DNA from: a virus
Direction: 5' to 3' (one strand)
IMG/VR virus record: IMGVR_UViG_3300044678_002717
Coordinates: 1-64,000 of that record
Length of the DNA: 64,000 bases
Shown here piece by piece: positions 32,334 to 42,266 of the stretch. A program made the translations under genes and the position numbers. The notes beneath the pieces were generated by a model. That model saw only the letters and a program-made list of their open reading frames with translations, searched no databases and had not been told where the DNA came from. The stretch's first letter is position 1; each line of letters begins with the position of its first letter.

Positions 32334-35300
32334 TATTGGTCAGTTTGTGCATCCCTTACTGATGTAAACCTTTTATTATCTTTATATCTTCCACTATTAA
32401 ATGATGTATTAGCAATAAATGCGGAATCATTAGCAGTTTGAATTCTATCAATTGGACCTTTAAGAGATTGACCACCAAGAAGAGTTAAATCCATCGTTAT
32501 ATTACAATACAATGGAATAACACCCATTCCTTCAGGATTTAAATCCCATGTTGCTTCGCTTATATCAAAATTAATTGACCTTGCAATTGCTTTTGTATGT
32601 AAAAAATCACCATAACGAAGAATAAATACAGGCATTTTACCAAATACAATATTATTTACTTTACTATTATCTCCTAATTTAGATGGTCTTGTTAATTGAT
32701 GTAAAAATACATAACGCTTTGTAAAATCAAATGGTGTTTGACTATTAAATGAAGGTGTAAATACTTTTAATTTTTCATAACCAATAGGAAATTTATGGTT
32801 TTTTTTTAATTTATCAAATTTTAAACTTAATATAGGGTCACAATCTGCACCACTAGCAGGAAGAGTTGGATTAGATGGAGCAGGATTTATATTTATAGTT
32901 GTTGTTATTGGTGTTATAAGTTGACTTGTAAGTAAAGAAGATGGAAGTACAAATGGGTCTTCAATATATGTAAAATCAACAAGAGATGCTTTTCTTTTTT
33001 TAGCATATTTTATGTCGTGTCTTCTTACCATGATTTCATCAGATACAATTGATTCAAATATTGTATCTTTTTCCACCTTTTTGGTTTCAATTTTTATTGA
33101 TACTTTACAAAAACTATTTGTACCTTGTCTACTAGAGTGTGTAAAATTACTTTCAAATTCATAAGATTTATCTAACCCTATTCTTAATAAATAATTTTGA
33201 TTACTTTCTAATTCATCAAGAAAATCATTTATTTTTAATGGTGCAGTTAAACCTACAACAGGAAGAAAACTATCAAAAAATTGTAATTCATCATACAATT
33301 TTTTAGTATCATTAGTGGCATTAGGATTATCATTATTATCTGTTAATAATGATTCGATAAATCTTATAGCATGTATATATGCAATTTGTTTATTAGTATA
33401 TCCATTATCGTTTCTATTATTTGCAAACTTATCACATTCATCATTTGTAAAGTTTTCATCACCTTGCGTACAACTTATAGTCATATTAATTTCAGTAGAT
33501 GTTCTTAATAATTCATCTAATGTTTCTGCAAATATTTTTTGAATAGATGTTGCACTTATAACATTAGCAGAATCATCAGTAAATCTTTGATTATATGTCA
33601 ACCCTGATAATTCAATATTAGTAAACTCAGTATCGCCTGTGGCATCAAGTTTATTATCAATAGTTGTATAAACAGGGGAATCATTATAAATAAGACCTTG
33701 AATTCTTTTATCCCCATCCATTCTAAAAGGTTTAAAATAATAAAAAATATCTTTTTCTGTAATTCCTGAAAAATTAAAATTTTTAGGTTGATTTTTAATT
33801 TTTTTTGGTTTATTATTGCTAGTAATTGCTGCACTATTATTAAAAGCTTGAGCAAGAGCATTAGGATTAATAACAATAGGAGGTTGGGTTGTAAAAGTAA
33901 CAGACTGTGGCACAACTTGATTACAAGCATATATATAATTATAATAATTTTGTATTGTCGGAGCGATATTTTGTATATCGCTAACAGTATCAATTAACAA
34001 ACTAAATGATAAACTTAAATTTCTTGTTGTATTTTGATATGAATAAATTGGTTCAGGTCTTCCAAGAAAATTAATTTCAGACCAATTTACTTGATTATTA
34101 TCACTAATTTTTACATTATATGGAACAAACCACATCCATTTTCCACCATTTGGACCTATATCACAATCTTCAGCATTACCACCTGTAGCTAAATTTTCCA
34201 TTGTAAAGAAAAAATTTCTTTTTTCCTCCTTATCTGCTCCTGAATCATTAGGTGCTACTTTTGGTAATATGGTATCTTTTAATACTGAATGGGTTTCACC
34301 ATTACCATCAAATTTTATTACTTTATTATAATTATCATATTGGTCATAAATTGTAAATGTTCTACATTCTCCATTTCCCTTATAAAATTGTTTGCTATTT
34401 GCATATAATTCTTTGGTATTTTGAGCAATTGCTAAGTCTTCATTTTGTGCAAGTCTAGAAGTAAAATACACAAGACCTCTTTTAACACCAAATTTAGTAT
34501 TTATTGTAGAAGCAGATTTTGAATCATAATGATAAACATTACCTTCATTTAAATAACTATCTCTATTAGTAACACTAGGATTAGTTGTTTCTTTTCTTAA
34601 AGCAATAGAACTATTAGCCCTGTTAAGGGTGGCAATATAATCTAATTCTGTAGATAAATTACCAAAACCTTGTGCAACTTCTAAATCCTTTAATTCTAAA
34701 AGATAATTTTTTGTAAGTGAATTTATTTGTAATGGATAATTTTTAAAATATGATTTAGTATAAATTCCATAAATTGCGTTTATTTCATATAAACCTTGAC
34801 TATAATCAGGGTCAGAATTATCTATAAAATCTCTGTCATATGTATTAAAGAAAACCAAAGATTTATTTTCAAAATCAATTTTACTCGTGTTCTTAACATT
34901 ATAAGTTGAAAATACTGAATTATCATTTAATTGTAATATTTTTTCTTTAATCATATCACCTGAATAAAGATAATTTATATTAGACTCGTAATCTTGAATT
35001 GATATTATATTTTTATCTAATTTTTTATAAAGACCCTTTAAATAACTTTCATTATCAATATAACCAATTGTATTTTGTAAAAGTTTATTTGCAACAGATT
35101 TGTTTGGGTCTTTAAGAGGGTCTGTTATATAAGAATCTGCTCTTTTATATTCGGTATTTTTAAAAAATTTTCTAAAATTTGGTGTTAAATCAGTAGGTGT
35201 CGGTATTAAATCATCAAAATTTCTAGTTAATGCTCTTCTATTAAATTCAGTTACTAATCTTCTAGCACCTATTGTAACAATTTTACTATCAGCACTAACA

Positions 35301-35491
35301 TCAACAAGTCTTTCAATAATATCTAATGTATCGTTTGTTCTATAATCATAACCTGTTAAAGTTTGTAAAGCATTTAAGCTTTGAGTAACAGCATCACTTG
35401 TTAAATCATAAGCAGAATCTATTTTATAAAGATTTTTCTGTAATGATTCAGGTCTTTCAATATCTGCAATATTTAAAATTGGACTAGGCAT
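32330..35491 (-). CDS. Baseplate/tail-tube-cap-like protein (gp48/CIS tube-like) with a large central insert
   Basis: WFVPY..ISDNNQVNW.....LGRPEPIYSY..TTR.LSLSF and C-terminal PVFILRYGD...WDLNPEG. Confidence 0.55.
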   Translation of the reverse strand: MPSPILNIADIERPESLQKNLYKIDSAYDLTSDAVTQSLNALQTLTGYDYRTNDTLDIIERLVDVSADSKIVTIGARRLVTEFNRRALTRNFDDLIPTPTDLTPNFRKFFKNTEYKRADSYITDPLKDPNKSVANKLLQNTIGYIDNESYLKGLYKKLDKNIISIQDYESNINYLYSGDMIKEKILQLNDNSVFSTYNVKNTSKIDFENKSLVFFNTYDRDFIDNSDPDYSQGLYEINAIYGIYTKSYFKNYPLQINSLTKNYLLELKDLEVAQGFGNLSTELDYIATLNRANSSIALRKETTNPSVTNRDSYLNEGNVYHYDSKSASTINTKFGVKRGLVYFTSRLAQNEDLAIAQNTKELYANSKQFYKGNGECRTFTIYDQYDNYNKVIKFDGNGETHSVLKDTILPKVAPNDSGADKEEKRNFFFTMENLATGGNAEDCDIGPNGGKWMWFVPYNVKISDNNQVNWSEINFLGRPEPIYSYQNTTRNLSLSFSLLIDTVSDIQNIAPTIQNYYNYIYACNQVVPQSVTFTTQPPIVINPNALAQAFNNSAAITSNNKPKKIKNQPKNFNFSGITEKDIFYYFKPFRMDGDKRIQGLIYNDSPVYTTIDNKLDATGDTEFTNIELSGLTYNQRFTDDSANVISATSIQKIFAETLDELLRTSTEINMTISCTQGDENFTNDECDKFANNRNDNGYTNKQIAYIHAIRFIESLLTDNNDNPNATNDTKKLYDELQFFDSFLPVVGLTAPLKINDFLDELESNQNYLLRIGLDKSYEFESNFTHSSRQGTNSFCKVSIKIETKKVEKDTIFESIVSDEIMVRRHDIKYAKKRKASLVDFTYIEDPFVLPSSLLTSQLITPITTTININPAPSNPTLPASGADCDPILSLKFDKLKKNHKFPIGYEKLKVFTPSFNSQTPFDFTKRYVFLHQLTRPSKLGDNSKVNNIVFGKMPVFILRYGDFLHTKAIARSINFDISEATWDLNPEGMGVIPLYCNITMDLTLLGGQSLKGPIDRIQTANDSAFIANTSFNSGRYKDNKRFTSVRDAQTDQY

Positions 35492-35549
35492 TAATCTTTT
35501 TTCATAAATAGCGTATTTTATTTGTTATAGTAAATTTAAAAAAAAGTTT

Positions 35550-35557
35550 TATATTTG
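35550..35557 (+). promoter_or_regulatory. Bacteroidota -7 box (TATATTTG) 4 nt before the thyX ATG
   Basis: Same geometry at 36209, 41571 and 45183. Confidence 0.6.
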
Positions 35558-35561
35558 TCTT

Positions 35562-36200
35562 ATGAAAGCAGAACTCTTATCCCATTTTGGAAGTGACTTG
35601 ACCATAACTAACACAGCAAGAGTGAGTTATGGAAAACAAGTTGATGAATTTACAGAAAAAGATATTAAACTAATTAACTATCTTGTTAAACACGGTCATA
35701 CTTCACCATTTAGACATTGTAGTTTACAATTTAGAATTAATTGTCCAATCTATGTTGAAAGACAATTATTTAAACATCAAGTTGGTTGGGCAGCAAATTC
35801 TATTTCAGGTCGCTATGTAGACTTTTCTGATACATATTCAACTGTTACTGAATGGAGAAAACAATCCGCATCTTCTAAACAAGGTAGTGAAGGTACTGTT
35901 GAAAATCAATTAGCCTGTAAACATATTGAACAAAGAGTTATTGATACTTGTAGAGAAGCATATTCAATGCTTTTATCATTGGGTGTATCAAAAGAACAAG
36001 CAAGAACTGTCCTACCATTGAATTTAAATACAACATTTATTTGGACAGGTTCTTTTCAAGCATTTGTTCATCTTTGTAATCTTCGCTTAAAGCCTGATGC
36101 TCAACAGGAAACAAGAGAGGTTGTTGCTGAAATGCTTGAATGTGTAAAAAATATTGAAAATAATCCATTTCAGCATAGTCTTGCAGCATTTGGGTTTTAA
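35562..36200 (+). CDS. thyX: Flavin-dependent thymidylate synthase
   Basis: ARVSY, HTSPF, RQLFKH, NSISGRY, EQARTVLP and LRL..DAQQE motifs. Confidence 0.93.
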   Translation: MKAELLSHFGSDLTITNTARVSYGKQVDEFTEKDIKLINYLVKHGHTSPFRHCSLQFRINCPIYVERQLFKHQVGWAANSISGRYVDFSDTYSTVTEWRKQSASSKQGSEGTVENQLACKHIEQRVIDTCREAYSMLLSLGVSKEQARTVLPLNLNTTFIWTGSFQAFVHLCNLRLKPDAQQETREVVAEMLECVKNIENNPFQHSLAAFGF

Positions 36201-36220
36201 AAAAATTGTATATTTGAATT

Positions 36221-36772
36221 ATGAATAAACTAGAAAACAAAATTTCCTCACTAAAGGAATATCAAGAACTTGCTCAAAGAACTTGTGCTGATTTAGATAA
36301 TAAAAAACTTAATAATCTTCACATGAAGATGGGATTGATTACTGAACTTGCTGAAGCAATTGATGTATATAAAAAGAAAATTGCATATAAAAAGGATATT
36401 GATTATGTTAATCTTCAAGAAGAATTGATAGGTGATACTCTTTTTTACGCAGTTAACTATTGCAGAATCAATAAGTTAGCATTACCTGTAATGCCTGAAT
36501 CATTATGGGAAAGTCAAAAACCTTCATATACTGAAGAGCAATATGTAAAACATTTGATTGATTTATTAAAATTGGCAATGAAGCCAAAAAAAAATATTTC
36601 AATGATAATGATTAAAATATTTATTTTATCATATTATCTTAATTTTGATTTTTATCAATCGTTGACAAATAACATTAATAAACTTATGGTTCGTTATCCT
36701 GAAAAATTTGATACTAATAAAGCTGTCAATAGGGATTTAAAAACCGAAAGAAAAAGACTTGAGGATAAATAA
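36221..36772 (+). CDS. MazG-like NTP pyrophosphohydrolase
   Basis: YQ..A.RT, GLITELAE, EELIGD and NINKL..RYP motifs. Confidence 0.75.
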   Translation: MNKLENKISSLKEYQELAQRTCADLDNKKLNNLHMKMGLITELAEAIDVYKKKIAYKKDIDYVNLQEELIGDTLFYAVNYCRINKLALPVMPESLWESQKPSYTEEQYVKHLIDLLKLAMKPKKNISMIMIKIFILSYYLNFDFYQSLTNNINKLMVRYPEKFDTNKAVNRDLKTERKRLEDK

Positions 36773-36979
36773 GTGAAATTAGTTACACTCAGTAGAATAT
36801 TAGGCAGACAAGGACTCATCAGAAATTTTAATTTATCAAAAATAAAAAATAAATTAAGAGAAGAAGATGAATTCACAAGTGGGTGTGTTTGCACAAATAT
36901 GGAAAGATATTATAATATTGATGAAAGAGACCAAAATAAAATTATTGATAAAAAAAGATATAGATATTTAAAAGTTTAA
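36773..36979 (+). CDS. Hypothetical protein
   Basis: 68-aa ORF, GTG start. Confidence 0.35.
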   Translation: MKLVTLSRILGRQGLIRNFNLSKIKNKLREEDEFTSGCVCTNMERYYNIDERDQNKIIDKKRYRYLKV

Positions 36980-36986
36980 AAATCCT

Positions 36987-38375
36987 ATGAACAATAATCT
37001 TCGCTTCCCAATTTCTGAAATTGCTCAAGAACTTTATTTACGAATGGTTTTTTTTGCTAAAAGTGCAAATACCAATCATGACCATCAAGAAGGTGATATT
37101 ACTTTTATTGATGAACCAAATAAGTATGAGTTGAGATTTAATAATTATCAGAAATATTTAAAAAAGGGTAGTGATAGTGATAGTATTCATGCCACTTTCT
37201 ATAGTGCATTTCATCATGTAACAGAAAAAGGTCATTCAATTATTTTAACTCTTACTGAATTTAAAAGTAGAAGACTTTCTTTTTCAGGGGAACATCTTAA
37301 AATGAGAAAAGAAGGGTATGAATATTTTTGTTATCCATTTAAAAAAAATGTATCATTTGTTTTTATTTCACCAAGTGGTTCAATAAAATTTAATTTACAA
37401 TCATCAAATAAAGTAATATGGCTTTCATTGAGTAATATTAAAAATTTTCCTTTTAGTTATTTTGGTATTAATGATAGTGATGCAAAAATTAATCTTAGTT
37501 GTAAACTCTTATTTAATAATAAAAAAAATGAATGGTGTGAAAATCATATAAAAAGAATAACAAGTAAAGACGATATGTTTAGTTTAGCAACTAAAACCAA
37601 CTTTACTAAAACAATTTATGGTACTTGTTCTAATCTTCAACAGTTTATTAATAAAATTAAAACCATTGATGAACCCTTATCATATAAACAATTTAGTGAT
37701 TTGTCATTTGATGATATATATGAAATAATGTCAATTGCACCTATCTTTAAAAATCCTGTTAATTTTATTGGTAAATTTAAAGAGTTTAAAAAACTTTCAA
37801 ATAAAAGTTCTAATTATAGGACTTACTTTGATGATTTAGTTAAAATTGCCAATGAAACCGATAATAAGATTAATTTCTCATTGAATGAATCTAATATCAA
37901 AGAACAACATGATAAAATGTTATTGGAGAATCTTGATAAGATGAAAGCAAAACCAATTCATGTTGATGATAAATTTCTTGTCTTGGAAAATTATTTACCA
38001 AAAGAATTTAAAATTATTAAAACAGGTAAAGAACTTTTATTTGAAGGTCTTACTCAAAAACATTGCGTGAATAGTTATTCAAGTAATATCAATAGAGGTG
38101 AGTGTTGTATTATAACAACTCAATATAATGATAGAAGATATACTGCTGAAATTAGATTTGGTAAAAGTTGGCTTGCTGATGATAGTAAACCTAAATATAT
38201 AATAAACCAATTTAAGGGTTATGCTAATATATCAGCACCAAAAGCATTAGAAGCTGAAATAAATAGCATTATTGATATTGTTAATGAAAAAGAATTAAAG
38301 ATAAAAAAGAAAAAGGAGGTATTTAATACCTCCCATAATTATGAAGTTGTTGAATATATTGATAATCCTTTTTAA
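36987..38375 (+). CDS. PcfJ-like domain protein
   Basis: ELLFEG..QKHCVNSY...YTAEI...QFKGYAN in the C-terminal domain. Confidence 0.7.
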   Translation: MNNNLRFPISEIAQELYLRMVFFAKSANTNHDHQEGDITFIDEPNKYELRFNNYQKYLKKGSDSDSIHATFYSAFHHVTEKGHSIILTLTEFKSRRLSFSGEHLKMRKEGYEYFCYPFKKNVSFVFISPSGSIKFNLQSSNKVIWLSLSNIKNFPFSYFGINDSDAKINLSCKLLFNNKKNEWCENHIKRITSKDDMFSLATKTNFTKTIYGTCSNLQQFINKIKTIDEPLSYKQFSDLSFDDIYEIMSIAPIFKNPVNFIGKFKEFKKLSNKSSNYRTYFDDLVKIANETDNKINFSLNESNIKEQHDKMLLENLDKMKAKPIHVDDKFLVLENYLPKEFKIIKTGKELLFEGLTQKHCVNSYSSNINRGECCIITTQYNDRRYTAEIRFGKSWLADDSKPKYIINQFKGYANISAPKALEAEINSIIDIVNEKELKIKKKKEVFNTSHNYEVVEYIDNPF

Positions 38376-38380
38376 TTAAT

Positions 38381-39241
38381 TTAAAATCCACCTTGGCTTC
38401 TTTTTTTACCCATAGGGTCGGTGTATATATCTTTTTCTCTATAAGGTTTATCTGACATAAAAGAAGATTCATTAATAACTGCAAAATTAATAGAAATATA
38501 ATCCATTCCATTTACATTAAAATATTCATCATAACCCCAATTAGAATAATTTTCTTCGGGATGTTCTGTTAATGCATAATTATTTGGATTTGCTGAAAAA
38601 AACTTTTCAATCCTATTTTTTATTTCAGGCACATTTAATCTTCTTAAAAACATAGCAACATTATAAGAATCATTTTTACCACCCCTAGTGTTTAATTTAT
38701 CACTTTTTTCTATTCTACCTAATAAATGAACTTTAAAAAATAAATGTTTCCTACCCTTTGTATTATCAGATGTAGAAGTGTAAATATGTCTAAATTCAGG
38801 ACTCACTTCTACTGATTTAACATCAAGACCTTGTAAATAATTTTCCAATCTTTTTGCTAACTCTATATCAGAATCTGTTACATCAATTTCACCTTTAGGA
38901 GAAAACATGCTATAACCTTTTTTTACAATAACTTCTTCTCTAATTATCCTTTTAACTAACCCTCTTAATTGAGATTCTCCAATAGTTGTCGTACCCATTT
39001 TTACTTTATCAGGTTGTAATAACATTGCATGAATAGTTGGTTTATCTGAATTTTTTATATCTCTATTTAAATCCATATTGTTTAATATTTGTACTGCTGA
39101 GAAATTATTTTTTATATTTTGAATTTCTTGTGGGTTAAATCCTTTCTTGGCTAATTCTGTATATTTAATTTCTACATTTTCTCTAATCATTTTTCTAACC
39201 AATCCTTTCAATTGGGATTCAGTAATTCTTACTTTTTTCAT
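38381..39241 (-). CDS. ITESQL-leader protein (two copies of the motif)
   Basis: MKKVRITESQLKGLVRKMIRE plus internal IGESQLRGLVKRIIREE. Confidence 0.65.
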   Translation of the reverse strand: MKKVRITESQLKGLVRKMIRENVEIKYTELAKKGFNPQEIQNIKNNFSAVQILNNMDLNRDIKNSDKPTIHAMLLQPDKVKMGTTTIGESQLRGLVKRIIREEVIVKKGYSMFSPKGEIDVTDSDIELAKRLENYLQGLDVKSVEVSPEFRHIYTSTSDNTKGRKHLFFKVHLLGRIEKSDKLNTRGGKNDSYNVAMFLRRLNVPEIKNRIEKFFSANPNNYALTEHPEENYSNWGYDEYFNVNGMDYISINFAVINESSFMSDKPYREKDIYTDPMGKKRSQGGF

Positions 39242-39593
39242 ATAAAATTCTTATTTATTATAAATAGTTATTTAGTAACTTTTTTGTATTATTGGGTATA
39301 TTTGATTCCCCTTACCATCAGAAACAATAATAGTATCATTAGGATAATCTTTTTTTACATCCTCATAATAGCGAAAAACATTATTAGGATTTAGTGTCGT
39401 AAAACTTTTTTTACTTTCTTTTGCTGTGATAATATAAGGAGCAGGGTTACTCTTAACTAAATCTTCAATAGTTCTTTTAATTACATCCATAGTTAATTCT
39501 TCTTTAATTAATTTTTTAACCATTCCTCTTAATTGAGATTCAGTAATTCTTACTTTTTTCATATAAAATTCTTATTTATTATAAATAGTTATT
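39216..39593. repeat. 57-bp identical direct repeat (39216-39272 and 39537-39593) covering the late motif and first leader codons
   Basis: GATTCAGTAATTCTTACTTTTTTCATATAAAATTCTTATTTATTATAAATAGTTATT occurs twice. Confidence 0.9.
39272..39562 (-). CDS. ITESQL-leader protein
   Basis: MKKVRITESQLRGMVKKLIKEE. Confidence 0.65.
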   Translation of the reverse strand: MKKVRITESQLRGMVKKLIKEELTMDVIKRTIEDLVKSNPAPYIITAKESKKSFTTLNPNNVFRYYEDVKKDYPNDTIIVSDGKGNQIYPIIQKSY

Positions 39594-39624
39594 GTTTATA
39601 ATTCACCTTACTATTTAAATAAAA

Positions 39625-40329
39625 ATGTTTTTAAATAGATTACTAACCATTGTAATACCTTGTAAAAATGAAGGTCTTACAATAAAAAAAACATTATCAC
39701 TATTAAATCAACAATTTGATATTCATGGTGTTGATGTAATCATTGCAGATTCATCTGATGATAATATTACAAAACATATTATTGAGTCTGAATCAAATAA
39801 GAACATAAATATTAATATTGTAGAAGGTGGTTTACCTGCTATTGCAAGAAACAATGGTTCAGATTTTGTAACAACAAAATATGTTTTGTTTTTAGATGCT
39901 GATATATTTTTAGAGAATAAATATATATTACATAATATTGTATCTGATATAGATTTTAATAAATTAGATTTAGCAACTTGTAAAATAAGAACTAAAGATA
40001 TATACACTATTGTTTTTATTTTATTTGATATTATTCGTTCATTTATAATTAAAAAAACACCTTTCGCAGTAGGTGGATTTATGTTGTTTAATTATCAAAC
40101 ATTTAAACAACTTGATAAATTTAATGAGAATGATAAAATAGCTGAAGATTATCATCTATCAAAAAAAGTTAATCCAACTAAATTTAAAATCTTTAACTAT
40201 AAAACATTCACAACTTCAAGAAGATTTGAATCAAAAGGTATTTTTTATATGATAAAAATAATGTTATCTTGTTGGTTTAATAAAGATAATGAAGAATTCT
40301 ATAAAAAAGATTTTAATTATTTTAATTAA
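39625..40329 (+). CDS. Glycosyltransferase family 2
   Basis: IVIPCKNE, ARNNG, LFLDAD, AEDY and TSRRF motifs. Confidence 0.88.
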   Translation: MFLNRLLTIVIPCKNEGLTIKKTLSLLNQQFDIHGVDVIIADSSDDNITKHIIESESNKNININIVEGGLPAIARNNGSDFVTTKYVLFLDADIFLENKYILHNIVSDIDFNKLDLATCKIRTKDIYTIVFILFDIIRSFIIKKTPFAVGGFMLFNYQTFKQLDKFNENDKIAEDYHLSKKVNPTKFKIFNYKTFTTSRRFESKGIFYMIKIMLSCWFNKDNEEFYKKDFNYFN

Positions 40330-41043
40330 ATGAAATTTAAAACCATCATATTATCTGATGTTCATTTAGGTTCAAAAGCATCAAGAACAAAAGATGTTTT
40401 AAAATTCTTAGATGAAAATACCTGTGATAGATTAATTCTAAATGGTGATATAATTGATATGTGGGCATTAAAAAGAGGTGGTAAATGGAAAGAATCTCAT
40501 TCAAAATTTATAAAGAAAATATTAAAAATAGCTAAGAAAAAAGAAGTTATTTATCTAATAGGTAATCACGATGATTTCTTACATAAATTCCAACCACTAC
40601 ATCTACCTAATATAAAATTATTAAAAGAATATATATTAACTGATTCTAATAATAAAAAACTTTATATCTTTCATGGTGATGTTCTTGATATTTTTATTAC
40701 TAAAATAAAATGGTTAGCTGTAATTGGTTCAATTGGTTATGATATAGCACTATGGCTTAATAGAATGTATAATTGGTATAGAGAAAAAAGAAATCTACCA
40801 TATTACTCAATTTCAAAAGAAATAAAAAATAAAATAAAAAGCGCAGTTAACTTTATTAATGACTTTGAAGACAATGCTATTAATTTAGCTAAATTAAAAA
40901 ATTGTGATATAGCAGTATGTGGTCATATTCATCAACCTGATTTAAAAGAAAATTATATGAACTCAGGAGATTGGTGCGAAAACTGCACAGCATTGGTTGA
41001 AACACTAGATGGAAAATGGGAAATATTTCATTTTCATAAATAA
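40330..41043 (+). CDS. LpxH/PlcP-like metallophosphoesterase
   Basis: SDVHLG, NGDIID, GNHD, HGD, GHIH and NSGDWCE motifs. Confidence 0.85.
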   Translation: MKFKTIILSDVHLGSKASRTKDVLKFLDENTCDRLILNGDIIDMWALKRGGKWKESHSKFIKKILKIAKKKEVIYLIGNHDDFLHKFQPLHLPNIKLLKEYILTDSNNKKLYIFHGDVLDIFITKIKWLAVIGSIGYDIALWLNRMYNWYREKRNLPYYSISKEIKNKIKSAVNFINDFEDNAINLAKLKNCDIAVCGHIHQPDLKENYMNSGDWCENCTALVETLDGKWEIFHFHK

Positions 41044-41047
41044 AAAA

Positions 41048-41084
41048 GAAGATTGGTACGATGTATACCGTACCGACTATCTTT
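41048..41084. terminator. Hairpin between convergent genes, probable bidirectional terminator
   Basis: GGTACG...CGTACC stem with A- and T-rich flanks. Confidence 0.5.
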
Positions 41085-41103
41085 TAAATGTTGATTAGTG
41101 AAT

Positions 41104-41538
41104 TTAGAAGTTAAACCCTTTTCTAAGTTGTCTTGAGTACCTTCTGTCTGTTGTTAAATATTTCCACAATTCTTCATTACTCATTCCCATAATAGGACTA
41201 GATGCACCACTCATTCTAGCATTTGTCCTTTGGTACTCATTTCGTCCTTTATTAGCAAGCCAAGAATTAATAATTTGTTTACCATCTTTACTTAATTGAT
41301 AAAGTTCACCATCTTGTGCAAAATCACTATCATTAATATCGGTTGAATAAGTCCAATAATCAGGGCTATACACAGAATCATCATCTTCATCTGAATAATA
41401 AGCATCAGTTCTACCTATATATGCTCTTTCAGTATCACTAAAATAATCTTCATTTATTAAGTTTTTTTTAGTTTCTTCTTTAATCATTTTTCTAATCAAT
41501 CCTTTCAATTGGGATTCTGTAATTCTTACTTTTCTCAT
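41104..41538 (-). CDS. ITESQL-leader protein
   Basis: Start reassigned to MRKVRITESQL at 41538, downstream of the late motif at 41556-41565. Confidence 0.65.
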   Translation of the reverse strand: MRKVRITESQLKGLIRKMIKEETKKNLINEDYFSDTERAYIGRTDAYYSDEDDDSVYSPDYWTYSTDINDSDFAQDGELYQLSKDGKQIINSWLANKGRNEYQRTNARMSGASSPIMGMSNEELWKYLTTDRRYSRQLRKGFNF

Positions 41539-41582
41539 ATAAATATTTATTTTTATATAAATAGTTATCATATATTTGCTTT

Positions 41583-42266
41583 ATGAAAATTTTTGCAATC
41601 TCAGATACTCATGGAAGGCATGAGCAAGTTCAAATACCTGAAGGTACTGATATGCTTATTCATGCAGGTGATTTTTCAAATACAAAACTTCCTGCAATGA
41701 ACCATAATGAAGTTAATTTATTTTTAATTTGGTTAGAAAAACAACCTGTTAAATATAAAGTCATTATTGCAGGTAATCATGATACTTCTATTGAAAGTAG
41801 ATTCATTACTAAAAAAGATTTTAAAAATAGAGGTATTATTTATCTTGAACATGAATCAATTGAGATTGAAGGAATTAAAATATTTGGCTCTCCATATACT
41901 CCTGAATTTCATAATTGGGCATTTAACCGTACAAGGGCTAAACTTGGAAAAATTTGGGATTCAATACCTGATGATACTGACATCTTAATTACTCACGGAC
42001 CTCCTAAAAGTATTTTAGATTCTGTTGAAAGAGGTAGAAACAATCATGAACATGTAGGTTGTTCCGCTTTACTTAAAAAAGTATTAAAAGTAAAACCAAA
42101 ATACATGATATTTGGTCATATTCATGACAATGGTGATAATTTAAACAATGGTATGTTTAAATTTAATGAATATAGAACAATCTTTGCGAATGTATCTTGC
42201 GTTAGAGATGGTAATAACTTACCATTTGTACACAATGGATATAGTTTTGATTATCCTCCTGCTTGA
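41583..42266 (+). CDS. Metallophosphoesterase (MPPED/239FB-like)
   Basis: ISDTH, HAGD, AGNHD, THGPP and FGHIH motifs. Confidence 0.88.
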   Translation: MKIFAISDTHGRHEQVQIPEGTDMLIHAGDFSNTKLPAMNHNEVNLFLIWLEKQPVKYKVIIAGNHDTSIESRFITKKDFKNRGIIYLEHESIEIEGIKIFGSPYTPEFHNWAFNRTRAKLGKIWDSIPDDTDILITHGPPKSILDSVERGRNNHEHVGCSALLKKVLKVKPKYMIFGHIHDNGDNLNNGMFKFNEYRTIFANVSCVRDGNNLPFVHNGYSFDYPPA

